A stretch of DNA of 64,000 nucleotides. It comes from Nitrospiraceae bacterium (lineage in GTDB: Bacteria; Nitrospirota; Nitrospiria; Nitrospirales; Nitrospiraceae). The position numbers and the translations under genes are program-made. The DNA is taken from assembly GCA_050246315.1 (NCBI GenBank), contig JBFWWG010000013.1:32001-96000 (forward strand), in the 5' to 3' direction. Shown here piece by piece: positions 1 to 9,364 of the stretch. The notes under the pieces were generated by a model. That model was given only the letters and a program-made list of their open reading frames with translations, made no database searches and was not told where the DNA came from. Position 1 is the stretch's first letter, and the number at the start of each line of letters is the position of its first letter.

Positions 1-1
1 C

Positions 2-1426
2 CGGTTCATCGGGGAGGTGCCCTTCGATCCTCAACGGAAGATGATGACGGTGGTCCGGCAAACCGGCGGTGAAGCGACGGCCTATGTGAAGGGTGCCCCG
101 GACGTGTTGCTGCAACGCTGCACCGCTCGGATGACGCTGGACGGAAAGCGCGAACCTCTGACCGACGAGGAGCGGAAACAGATCCTGAATGCGAATGAGG
201 CGTTCGCTCATGAGGCTTTGCGCGTGCTCGCGATGGCGGAACGGCAGACGATCAAGATTCCCCCGTCCTTGACGTCCGACGACCTTGAGCGCGACCTCGC
301 GTTTCTCGGCCTCTCGGCGATGAAAGATCCCTTGAGACCGGAAGCCAAGGTGGCCGTGCAGGTCTGCCGCGAGGCGGGCATCCAAACCGTGATGATCACG
401 GGCGATCACAAGGACACGGCGGTTGCCATTGCCCGAGAGCTGGGCATTCTGGACGGTGATCGTGCGGCCCTGTCCGGGGTCGAGCTGGACCGATTGAGCG
501 ACGAGCAGTTGGGCGCTCGCATTGAGCAGGTCGGCGTCTACGCCCGGGTGTCTGCGGAGCACAAGCTGCGCATCGTGAAGGACTGGCGATCGCGCGGCGC
601 CGTCGTCGCGATGACGGGCGACGGCGTCAACGATGCGCCGGCCATCAAGGAGGCGGACATCGGCGTCGCCATGGGGATCACCGGCACGGACGTCACCAAG
701 GAAGCTTCCGACATGGTCATCATGGACGACAACTTTGCGTCGATTGCCGCGGCCGTCGAGGAGGGGCGGGGCATCTTTGACAACATCCGCAAGACCATCC
801 ATTTTCTGCTTTCCTGCAATGTCAGCGAAGTGCTGGTGATGCTATTTGCGACGCTGATCGGACTGCCGCTTCCCCTGCTGCCCATTCAGATTCTGTGGAT
901 GAACCTCGTGACGGACGGGTTCCCGGCCTTGGCACTGGCCGTGGACCCCAAGGCTCCAGACTTGATGCGACAGCCGCCACGACGGCCGGACGATCGGCTG
1001 TTGGACCGAGGCAGATTGCTCGCCATCGGCGGACAGGGTCTGATGATGGCCGTCATTGCTTTGGGGGCCTTTGCCTATTGCCTCTATGGCTTGGGACAGG
1101 AGTTGGAGCAGGCCCGGACCGTCGTCTTTACGGTCATGGTTCTGGCCCAGTTGGTGCATGCCTTCAATTGCCGGAGCGCGGACCATTCGCTGTTTAGATT
1201 GGGCGTGACGACCAATCCTCAGCTTGTATTGGCATTCGGACTCTCGCTCGGCGCGCAACTGGGGATTCTCTTGGTGCCGCACGCGGCCTCCCTGTTTAAG
1301 GTGGGAGCGCTCCCGCTGGCCGACTGGGGATTGATCGCGTTCCTCGGTCTGATGCCCTTGTTCATCATGGAGATTTGGAAGGTTGTCAAAAGTGGCAAGA
1401 CCAACATCAGGGTCGGCCTGGGGTAA
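2..1426 (+). CDS. Cation-transporting P-type ATPase (P2A, Ca2+-type), 5'-truncated by the window edge
   Basis: Motifs KGAPD, DPLRPE, MITGD, TGDGVNDAPA and QILWMNLVTDG, plus C-terminal TM helices; the frame is open from the window start. Confidence 0.93.
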   Translation, partial: RFIGEVPFDPQRKMMTVVRQTGGEATAYVKGAPDVLLQRCTARMTLDGKREPLTDEERKQILNANEAFAHEALRVLAMAERQTIKIPPSLTSDDLERDLAFLGLSAMKDPLRPEAKVAVQVCREAGIQTVMITGDHKDTAVAIARELGILDGDRAALSGVELDRLSDEQLGARIEQVGVYARVSAEHKLRIVKDWRSRGAVVAMTGDGVNDAPAIKEADIGVAMGITGTDVTKEASDMVIMDDNFASIAAAVEEGRGIFDNIRKTIHFLLSCNVSEVLVMLFATLIGLPLPLLPIQILWMNLVTDGFPALALAVDPKAPDLMRQPPRRPDDRLLDRGRLLAIGGQGLMMAVIALGAFAYCLYGLGQELEQARTVVFTVMVLAQLVHAFNCRSADHSLFRLGVTTNPQLVLAFGLSLGAQLGILLVPHAASLFKVGALPLADWGLIAFLGLMPLFIMEIWKVVKSGKTNIRVGLG

Positions 1427-1525
1427 GGGTTAGCCAGGGCTGTGATCGGTTGTGAGCCGGCAGTAGGAGGCAGAGAATGGGTCGAGAGATCATTGTCGGG
1501 CGTCTATTCTGAAAGGAGGTTCGCC

Positions 1526-1726
1526 ATGTCCGTTGCAAAAGTCATCGAGCTCAGTTGCGATTCGCCCCACAGCTTTGAAGATGCCATCAAACAGGGCATC
1601 GACAAGGCATCGAAGACTGTCCGGAACATCAAGGCAGCGTGGGTCAAGGAGCAGCAGGTCGTCGTCGAGGGGAACAAGGTGTTGGCCTATCGGGTCGATC
1701 TCAAGATCACGTTCGTACTGGATTAG
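1526..1726 (+). CDS. Dodecin family protein
   Basis: MSVAKVIELSCDSPHSFEDAIKQGI...YRVDLKITFVLD, 66 aa; strong SD AAGGAGGT upstream of ATG 1526. Confidence 0.9.
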   Translation: MSVAKVIELSCDSPHSFEDAIKQGIDKASKTVRNIKAAWVKEQQVVVEGNKVLAYRVDLKITFVLD

Positions 1727-1925
1727 GCCGGCGTCATAGGTTGTTCCGACTGGCTGAACTATCTGACTGTTCGCTGAGCAGCACGCAGGTCGGCTCGTCG
1801 CTTGGAGACTGACCGGGGTTCGGGGCTCGATTGCCTCCGCGATCGAGCCCGGGCGACGGCTGAAAAGGTTCAGAAAGCGCTGAGGAGAGATGGGCAGGAC
1901 CCATATCCATACAGGAGGTCACGTC

Positions 1926-2186
1926 ATGGCAGCAAGGAAAGCTCGATTGCGTTCCGGAGGGAGCGGAAAAAATAAGCAGAGCGGCGTCACCGCGAATCCG
2001 CTGGCCAGGGCTGTGGCGGCGGCCAAGACCATGAAGAAGAAGGGGCGAGTGACGGCTGCGTTGAGCAAGCCTCATCGGGGAACCTCGGACACGACTGCGC
2101 TGGCACGAAAGGTTTCGGCTGCGAAGAGAGGCAGAAAAAAGGAGCAGGTCACAGAAGCGCTGGAGGAGTCTCAGCGGCGCCGGTGA
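1926..2186 (+). CDS. Small Lys/Arg/Ala-rich basic protein (hypothetical, histone-like composition)
   Basis: SD AGGAGGT before ATG 1926; 86 aa, strongly basic. Confidence 0.6.
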   Translation: MAARKARLRSGGSGKNKQSGVTANPLARAVAAAKTMKKKGRVTAALSKPHRGTSDTTALARKVSAAKRGRKKEQVTEALEESQRRR

Positions 2187-2352
2187 TCCCGTCGAGCCTC
2201 GGAAGACCCGTATGGACGGGTTCCCTGGTGCCGGCGCCCCGTTCAGCCAGGCCGAGGTTCTCCAGCAGTTCGAGGTCCAGAACGAAGTCCATCCTCGGGA
2301 TGCGGTCCTTCGCATGGACCTGCGACGGTCGGTGAGGGCTAAGCGTTTCCAT
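2149..2352 (-). CDS. Small hypothetical protein downstream of glgX
   Basis: The ATG lies within the glgX 3' end (14-nt overlap); 67 aa METLSPHRP...[15 protein letters not shown]; overlaps the 3' end of the basic ORF convergently. Confidence 0.4.
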   Translation of the reverse strand: METLSPHRPSQVHAKDRIPRMDFVLDLELLENLGLAERGAGTREPVHTGLPRLDGITGAAETPPALL

Positions 2353-4510
2353 TTCCGACGTCCGAAGCAAACGTCCGCGGCTGGCTCCGGAGTTTCAGCA
2401 CGGCGATGGCCCGCGCGCTGAGTGCGTATCGTTCGCCTCCTTTGATCACGGCGACTTCCCGCTGGTGTCCGTGATTCCACGAGGTGTCGAGCACCGATTG
2501 CCAGCGCACGCCGCGTTTATGCGCGGGCAGGGTAAAGTCCAACGGCTCGTGATGCGCATTCAGCAGAATCAGGAGGGTATCGTCGATGAGCCGCCGGCCT
2601 TTTTCATCGGTCTCCTCGATCGCATCGCCCGCAAGCCGCAGCGCGAGCGAGCGGACGAATCCTCCCTCCCAATCCTCGTCCGTCATCTCCTTGCCGTCGG
2701 GGCGGAACCACGCCAGATCCTTCGCCTCCGAACCTCGAATGTGCCGTCCCTGAAAAAATCGGCGTCGGCGCAGGACCGGATGCTGCTTGCGGAGTGCAAT
2801 CAGGTGCCGGGTAAATTCCAGCAGGTCTCGCTTCGGTTGGTCCAAATGCCAATCGAACCAACTGAGGTCGTTGTCCTGGCAATAGGCGTTGTTGTTGCCC
2901 CGTTGGGTTCGGCCGATCTCATCGCCGCCGCACAACATCGGAATGCCTTGCGAGAGCAGCAGGATCGCTAAGAAGTTGCGCTTTTGTCGCTCACGCAATT
3001 CCAGAACGGTCCGGCCGTTGGTCGGGCCTTCTATGCCGCAGTTCCAGCTCAAGTTGTCGTCCGTCCCGTCGCGATTCTGCTCGCCGTTGGCATCGTTGTG
3101 CTTGTGGTTATAGGACACCAGATCATGGAGTGTGAACCCGTCGTGGGCCGTGACGAAGTTCACGCTGGCGAAGGGCCGCCGGCCGCTGGCGGCATAGAGA
3201 TCGCTGCTGCCGGTCAGGCGATAGCCCAACTCCGCCACCTGGCCCCCGTCGCCTTTGACGTATCGCCGAATGGTGTCCCGATACAGGCCGTTCCACTCGG
3301 CCCAGCCGACGGGGAAGTTGCCGACCTGGTAGCCGCCTTCGCCGAGGTCCCAGGGTTCGGCAATCAGCTTGACCTGCGAGAGGATCGGGTCTTGGTGGAG
3401 AATGTCGAAGAAGGCGCTCAGCCGATCGACTTCGTGCAGCTCGCGCGCCAAGGCCGACGCAAGATCGAAACGAAATCCGTCCACGTGCATCTCGGTCACC
3501 CAATAGCGCAGACTGTCCATAATCATTTGGAGGGTTCGTGGGTGGGTGACGTTCAACGTGTTGCCGCAGCCGGTATAGTCCATGTAATACCGTTTGTCGT
3601 CGGTCACGAGGCGGTAGTAGGAGGCGTTGTCGATCCCGCGGAACGACATCGTCGGTCCCAAATGGTTCCCCTCGGCCGTATGGTTGTACACCACGTCCAG
3701 GATGACCTCGATGCCGGCGCTGTGCAACGTCTTGACCATCGTCTTGAATTCGCGCACGTGCCGGCCGCGGATAGGGGATACGGCGTAGCGGATATCCGGC
3801 GCAAAATACCCGATCGTGTTGTAGCCCCAGAAGTTGGTGAGACCTCGATCGGATAGATGCTTGTCGCGAACGAACTGATGCACCGGCAGGAGTTCGATCG
3901 CCGTCACGCCCAAGTTCACCAAATGGTCGATCACCGCGGGGGTCGTGAGGGCTGAGTAGGTGCCGCGCATGTGGTCCGGGACGTCCGGATGGCGGGCCGT
4001 CATCCCCTTGACGTGGGTTTCATAGATAATCGTCTTCTCCCACGGAATCTTCAACGGGCGGTCGCCGCCCCATGTGAACGCGGAGTCGATCACGACGCAC
4101 TTGGGTACATTACCGGCATTGTCCCGTGTATCGAAGGCCATGTCCGCGTCCGGGTGGCCGATCGGATAGCCGAACATGGCATCCGACCATTCGAAGAGGC
4201 CGCCGATGGATTTGGCGTAGGGGTCGATCAGGAGCTTGTTCGGATTGAATCGATGACCGTCGGCCGGCTCATAGGGACCCTGTACCCGGTATCCGTAATG
4301 TTGGCCCGGCCACAGTCCGGGGATATAGACGTGCCAGATCTGGTCGGTACGCTCTTCGAGTTTGATCCGATGCGTCTCCTGCGTGGCGCGCGGGCCGTCA
4401 TAGAGACACAGCTCGACTCCGGTTGCATTTTCGGAGTACAGCGCGAAATTGACTCCCTCCCCGTCCCATGTGGCCCCGAGGGGGTAAGGTTTTCCCGGCC
4501 AGACTCTCAT
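2339..4510 (-). CDS. glgX: Glycogen debranching enzyme (GH13)
   Basis: [67 protein letters not shown]. Confidence 0.97.
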   Translation of the reverse strand: MRVWPGKPYPLGATWDGEGVNFALYSENATGVELCLYDGPRATQETHRIKLEERTDQIWHVYIPGLWPGQHYGYRVQGPYEPADGHRFNPNKLLIDPYAKSIGGLFEWSDAMFGYPIGHPDADMAFDTRDNAGNVPKCVVIDSAFTWGGDRPLKIPWEKTIIYETHVKGMTARHPDVPDHMRGTYSALTTPAVIDHLVNLGVTAIELLPVHQFVRDKHLSDRGLTNFWGYNTIGYFAPDIRYAVSPIRGRHVREFKTMVKTLHSAGIEVILDVVYNHTAEGNHLGPTMSFRGIDNASYYRLVTDDKRYYMDYTGCGNTLNVTHPRTLQMIMDSLRYWVTEMHVDGFRFDLASALARELHEVDRLSAFFDILHQDPILSQVKLIAEPWDLGEGGYQVGNFPVGWAEWNGLYRDTIRRYVKGDGGQVAELGYRLTGSSDLYAASGRRPFASVNFVTAHDGFTLHDLVSYNHKHNDANGEQNRDGTDDNLSWNCGIEGPTNGRTVLELRERQKRNFLAILLLSQGIPMLCGGDEIGRTQRGNNNAYCQDNDLSWFDWHLDQPKRDLLEFTRHLIALRKQHPVLRRRRFFQGRHIRGSEAKDLAWFRPDGKEMTDEDWEGGFVRSLALRLAGDAIEETDEKGRRLIDDTLLILLNAHHEPLDFTLPAHKRGVRWQSVLDTSWNHGHQREVAVIKGGERYALSARAIAVLKLRSQPRTFASDVGNGNA

Positions 4511-4959
4511 AGACAATCCTTTTCGCTCTCAGTCCACATGATTCGTGAACGCTTCTACTCCAACCACCGTCCGACTCGTTGCGCTGAGCTTGCAACGTGT
4601 GAAACGTCACAAACCGTCATGAATCATGTGGGGTGTGGCGGTGGTCGTGGTCATGGTGATGCACAATTACTAAAGGGGGATTGGGCCACTATGCAAGGCC
4701 TCACTCAAGAAATCTCCAGACCGGCTGGAGTCTGCGGGAGGCATCTGGCAGACTGCGGAGGAGTCGGCGTGGAATGGGGAGAAAAGCGAGCAGGATCACG
4801 GCGGGCGCCAAAGTACTGAAAAACCGTGAATAGCCCGTGGGGCTAGCGAACGTTCGATCAGGAGAATAAATCCCTGGTGGCGTTCTCCAGCGGCGTCAAG
4901 GGGAAGGGACTGTGCCCGATGAGTCGCCGGTTCAACCGAAGGTTGGTGTAGAGGCATCC

Positions 4960-6846
4960 ATGTTTGATGAATCCAGGCAGGTCAGACAACTCGATTTTGG
5001 GGCGCAATACCTGAAAGACGATTCCGCGCGGTTCCGTGTCTGGGCGCCTCGGGCCAAGGAGGCAGCGGTCCGGTTGATCGGCGCCGCTCCCAGGCTGGTG
5101 TCGATGAAGGCCCAAGCCCACGGCTATTTCGAGGCACTCGTTCCCCAGGTCCGGCCCGGCGACCGCTACCTCTATCGGCTGGACGACCGGATCGAGCGGC
5201 CTGACCCGGCATCGCATTGTCAACCAGATGGGGTCCACGCTGCGTCCGCGGTCGTAGACCAGTCGGCGTTTCATTGGACCGATCAGGGGTGGCGCGGGTT
5301 GCCGCTCGAGGATCTGATCCTCTACGAACTGCACGTCGGCACCGCCACCCATGACGGTACCTTCGAGGCCGTCATTCCGCTGCTGGATTATCTCAAGCAG
5401 GAGGTCGGGATCACGGCAATCGAGTTGATGCCGGTCGCGCAGTTTCCGGGGCGGCGCAATTGGGGCTACGACGGCGTCTATCCCTTTGCGCCGCAATGGT
5501 CCTATGGCGGGCCGCAGGGTCTCAAGCGGCTCGTCGATGCCTGCCATGCCAAGGGACTCGCGGTGGTGCTGGATGTCGTCTACAACCATCTCGGTCCGGA
5601 GGGGAACTATCTCGGCGAGTTCGGCCCCTACTTTACCGATCATTACCGGACGCCCTGGGGTTCGGCCATCAATTACGACGGCCCGGAGAGCGATGAAGTC
5701 CGGCACTATGTCGTGAGCAACGCGCTCTACTGGGTGACGGAATACCATATCGATGCCCTTCGCCTGGATGCCATTCACGGGATCTACGATTTCAGCGCCC
5801 GGCATATCTTGGACGAGATCGGATCGGCGGTGCACGACCAGGCCGCCAAGTTGGGCCGGCGCATCCTGGTGATTGCCGAAAGCTCGTTGAACGACGTCCG
5901 GATCATCGCCCCCGAGAATCAAGGCGGTTATGGGTTGGATGCCCAGTGGAACGACGATTTTCACCATGCGCTTCGCACGACGGTGCTGAACGAGCGGGCC
6001 GGCTATTACGAGGATTTCAATGGCCTTCCCGATCTGGCGACGGCACTGCAAAACGGATTCGTCTATGTCGGACAATATTCGCCGTTCCGGCGGCGCCGAC
6101 ACGGCAATGCCTCCCGCGGGCGCCCTCCCGCGCAGTTCGTCGTCTTTGCTCAGAATCACGATCAAATCGGCAACCGGGCGCTGGGCGACCGTCTCTCCAC
6201 GCTGGCGCCGTTCGAGGCGCTCAAGGTTGCCGCGGCTGCTGTCATCTTGAGCCCCAATGTACCGATGCTGTTCATGGGAGAGGAATACGGAGAGCCCGCG
6301 CCGTTTCAATATTTCATCGAGCATGAGGATGCGGATCTCATCGAAGCGGTTCGGCGAGGGCGGCAGGCAGAGTTCGCCTCGTTCGGTTGGCGGCAGGGGT
6401 TGCCCGATCCGCAGGATGCCGCAACCTTTGATCGGTCGCGTCTCCGGATGGACCGGCGCATGCAGGGGCGGGGCGCGGAGCTGCTGCGTTGGACGAGAGC
6501 CCTGATCCATGTGAGAAAAACCGTTCCCAGTTTAGGGGCGGCGATGTCGGAACGGCACCGGCATCAGGTCCGCCTGATCGCCGCCTCCCAGGTGTTGTCG
6601 GTACATCGAGCCTGCAAGGGCGAGCAGCCGGCGCTCATTCTGCTGAGCTTCAATCCGACGCCGGTCTCGCTCACGCTCCACGATCCGGTCGGCCTGTGGC
6701 GACTGTGCCTCGAATCAGGACATCCTGAATTTGGCGGATCTGAAGCTGAACGGCTCCCGTCCGAAATTCGTATCACACCCGACGGGGTGGTTTTGCACCT
6801 GTCGGCCTATTCGGCCGGCGTGTTTCTAGCCGACAAGACGGCATAA
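4960..6846 (+). CDS. treZ: Malto-oligosyltrehalose trehalohydrolase
   Basis: FRVWAP, RPDPAS, YELHVGT, RNWGYDGV, DALRLDAIH, QNHDQIGNR, FMGEEYGE; start could be 4912. Confidence 0.95.
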   Translation: MFDESRQVRQLDFGAQYLKDDSARFRVWAPRAKEAAVRLIGAAPRLVSMKAQAHGYFEALVPQVRPGDRYLYRLDDRIERPDPASHCQPDGVHAASAVVDQSAFHWTDQGWRGLPLEDLILYELHVGTATHDGTFEAVIPLLDYLKQEVGITAIELMPVAQFPGRRNWGYDGVYPFAPQWSYGGPQGLKRLVDACHAKGLAVVLDVVYNHLGPEGNYLGEFGPYFTDHYRTPWGSAINYDGPESDEVRHYVVSNALYWVTEYHIDALRLDAIHGIYDFSARHILDEIGSAVHDQAAKLGRRILVIAESSLNDVRIIAPENQGGYGLDAQWNDDFHHALRTTVLNERAGYYEDFNGLPDLATALQNGFVYVGQYSPFRRRRHGNASRGRPPAQFVVFAQNHDQIGNRALGDRLSTLAPFEALKVAAAAVILSPNVPMLFMGEEYGEPAPFQYFIEHEDADLIEAVRRGRQAEFASFGWRQGLPDPQDAATFDRSRLRMDRRMQGRGAELLRWTRALIHVRKTVPSLGAAMSERHRHQVRLIAASQVLSVHRACKGEQPALILLSFNPTPVSLTLHDPVGLWRLCLESGHPEFGGSEAERLPSEIRITPDGVVLHLSAYSAGVFLADKTA

Positions 6847-6906
6847 CGGGACATGGTGACGTTCATCAACGGCCGGTCGCATTGCGGATGCGACGGATTC
6901 GACTGA

Positions 6907-7237
6907 CAGACTGTTGAAAAAACTTTCGAGTACCCGTAAAGGCCGCCCCAGCAACCGATTACGGACGATCTCAGAACCCTGTGCAGGATGGTAAAAAGGC
7001 CGTCTTTCTCGCCCGCCCAACCCCGCCGCGCCGAAACGCGCCTCTCCACGGGCGCGGCCGCAGCGAGCAGAAGTACGGATGTCCGTCACTTGTCATTCGT
7101 TACTCGTCAAACGAATCTGGACGGCAGCGCTTTGCACCCTGGCTTCTTCATCGTCGTTCGGTTGACGGCTGACGATTGACGTATGACGACCAAACCAAGA
7201 AGCGAGAACAAAGCTGGCGGACTTGTTCAACATCCTG
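6907..7237. mobile_element. Composite non-autonomous (MITE-like) repeat element
   Basis: Ends CAGACTGTTGAAAAA and TTGTTCAACATCCTG, with an internal related end GCAGGATGGTAAAAAG at 6983; 6907-~7060 is homologous to the reverse complement of 38578-38730. Confidence 0.75.
7084..7188. repeat. Inverted heptamer array (4x GTCA-core units, spacer, 4x TGAC-core units)
   Basis: cgtcact tgtcatt cgttact cgtcaaa ... gttgacg gctgacg attgacg tatgacg. Confidence 0.75.
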
Positions 7238-7347
7238 CTAGTGTCCTGACTCAGAAATTCGTCGAAGAAGTCCAGCAGATGAAGTTGTCATCAATCAAGC
7301 AGTTGGCTACTAAAATTATGATGCGAACTTCGGAGTCAGGACACTAG
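7238..7347. mobile_element. 110-bp MITE with 24-bp terminal inverted repeats bounded by CTAG
   Basis: Left CTAGTGTCCTGACTCAGAAATTCG versus right reverse complement CTAGTGTCCTGACTCCGAAGTTCG (2 mismatches); AT-rich interior. Confidence 0.85.
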
Positions 7348-7358
7348 GGAGGTAGGTC

Positions 7359-8249
7359 ATGACGGAGGCGGTACTGGCGCGCGTGGTGGAGCGGTCGCTC
7401 TATTGGCTGACGACGTCCGGATTGCGGGTGGTCCTGATCGGTGTGGTGATGCTGGTGTTGCTGACCGTGATCAGACGGCTCACGGGGAAGCTGCGGCTGC
7501 TCTATGAAGGCCGACTGCCGGATCCTGCCGAAATCAAACGCGCCGACACCGTGACGCACGTGGTGCGTGATGTGGCACGGGTTGTGGTGACGACCGTCGG
7601 CACCATGATGATCTTGTCGGAAGTCGGGGTGGATCTGAAGCCGCTTCTGGCCGCGGCAGGCTTGGGCGGGTTGGCTATCGGGTTTGGCGCGCAGAGCTTG
7701 GTGAAGGATGTGATCTCCGGATTCTTCATTCTCTTGGAGGATTCCGTGCGAGTCGGCGACGTCGTCGAGATCGCCGGCATCAGCGGGTTGGTCGAGGATG
7801 TCGCGTTGCGGACCATCACCTTGCGGGACGGCGCCGGTCACGTACACGTGATCCCCAATGGCACCGTAGACAAGGTTAAGAACATGAGCAAGGACTTTGC
7901 GGTCTACATGCTCGACGTGGGTGTGGCGTACCGAGAGGACGTGGACGAAGTGATGGCGCTGTTGAAAGAGCTGGGGGCCGACATGCAGGCCGACCAGACC
8001 TATGCCGAGGACATTCTGGCGCCGCTGGAGATGTTGGGTGTTGATCGATTTACGGAGTCCGCCGTCATCATTAAATGCCAGATCAAGACCAAACCCAACC
8101 AACAGTGGCGGATCGGCCGAGAGATGAATCGGCGAATCAAGATGACCTTCGATGCCAAGGGGATCGAGATGCCCTTCCCCCACCGGACGATCTATTGGGG
8201 AGAGCCCAAGAAAGGAATCCCTGCGACCTTGTACGTTCGGCAACTGTAG
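7359..8249 (+). CDS. mscS: Small-conductance mechanosensitive channel (MscS family)
   Basis: GLAIGFGAQSLVKDVISGFFILLED, GDVVEI, HVIPNG, GIEMPFP; SD GGGAGGT. Confidence 0.92.
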   Translation: MTEAVLARVVERSLYWLTTSGLRVVLIGVVMLVLLTVIRRLTGKLRLLYEGRLPDPAEIKRADTVTHVVRDVARVVVTTVGTMMILSEVGVDLKPLLAAAGLGGLAIGFGAQSLVKDVISGFFILLEDSVRVGDVVEIAGISGLVEDVALRTITLRDGAGHVHVIPNGTVDKVKNMSKDFAVYMLDVGVAYREDVDEVMALLKELGADMQADQTYAEDILAPLEMLGVDRFTESAVIIKCQIKTKPNQQWRIGREMNRRIKMTFDAKGIEMPFPHRTIYWGEPKKGIPATLYVRQL

Positions 8250-8314
8250 GGCAGGGCCGAGGGTACAGCCTGAACACCGGCAGGGTCTGGGTCGAGAGGC
8301 GTGGCGCATCCACC

Positions 8315-9364
8315 ATGATCATGAGCGGCAACAGCCAGGGAAGCGGGGACGGTCAGCCTGAGTGGGCCGACTGGGGCGATGAACAATTGCTGGATCTGCG
8401 CCTGTGCGATCTGCACCTAGCCCTCAAGACGAGCCAGGTCCGCGAGCAGATCGATCGTCTCCGCAGAGAATTGGCCGCTCACCGGCTTGTCTTCCAGCCC
8501 CATTGCTGGCTGTCCAGCGAGTGGTTCAGCCCGGACGGCGTGCCGGGTATCGCCATCCCCTTTTACCTGGCGCACCCGCGGCTCGCCAAGCTGGAGTTGA
8601 ACCAGATGCTGGAAGTCGAAGGCGGCACGCCGGAATCCTGCATGCGCATTCTCCGGCACGAGGCCGGACATGCCATTGAAAACGCGTACCGGCTGCGGCG
8701 GCGAAACGATCGCCGGCAGTTGTTCGGCAAGTCCTCGACCTCCTATCCGAAATTCTACACACCCAAACCCTACAGCAAGAGTTTCGTGTTGCACCTGGAC
8801 ATGTGGTATGCCCAAAGCCATCCGGACGAGGATTTCGCGGAGACGTTTGCGGTCTGGCTCAATCCGGACTCCCAATGGCGCGAGCGCTATGCCGATTGGC
8901 CGGCTCTGAAGAAGCTGGAGTACATGGATGGGATGATGGCGGAGCTGGCCGGACAACCGCCGCTGGTGAGGTCGCGGCTCCAGGTCGATCCGCTCCCACG
9001 GCTGCGCAAGACGCTGCGCGACCATTATCGGGATAAGCGCCTCCGGTACGGTCTGGAGCATCCCACGTTCTACGACCGAGACCTGCGCCGGCTGTTCGCC
9101 GACGCCCCGGAGGCTGCGGGGAACAAGAGTGCAGCGACGTTCTTGGCGCAGGTGCGCAAGGAGGTCTGCAGGAAGGTGGCAAGCTGGACCGGCGAATATC
9201 GCTACACGATCGACCGGGTCTTGGCCGATATGATCCGCCGGTGCCAGGAACTCAATCTGAGGTTGGCCTTACCGGAAGAGCAGGCGAAGTTGGATTTTGC
9301 GGTGCTGTTGACGGTCCAGACCATGAACTATCTGCACAGCGGCCGCCATCGGGTGGCGCTATGA
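8315..9364 (+). CDS. Putative zinc-binding metallopeptidase (Peptidase_Mx-like)
   Basis: HEAGH (HExxH) and YAQSHPDEDFAETFAVWL; the stop overlaps the next ATG (ATGA). Confidence 0.8.
   Translation: MIMSGNSQGSGDGQPEWADWGDEQLLDLRLCDLHLALKTSQVREQIDRLRRELAAHRLVFQPHCWLSSEWFSPDGVPGIAIPFYLAHPRLAKLELNQMLEVEGGTPESCMRILRHEAGHAIENAYRLRRRNDRRQLFGKSSTSYPKFYTPKPYSKSFVLHLDMWYAQSHPDEDFAETFAVWLNPDSQWRERYADWPALKKLEYMDGMMAELAGQPPLVRSRLQVDPLPRLRKTLRDHYRDKRLRYGLEHPTFYDRDLRRLFADAPEAAGNKSAATFLAQVRKEVCRKVASWTGEYRYTIDRVLADMIRRCQELNLRLALPEEQAKLDFAVLLTVQTMNYLHSGRHRVAL

Noticed and set aside
4598..4611. TGTGA-N4-TCACA as a CRP/Rex box
   Set aside because: The spacer is 4 nt rather than the 6 nt required; kept only as part of the leader structure
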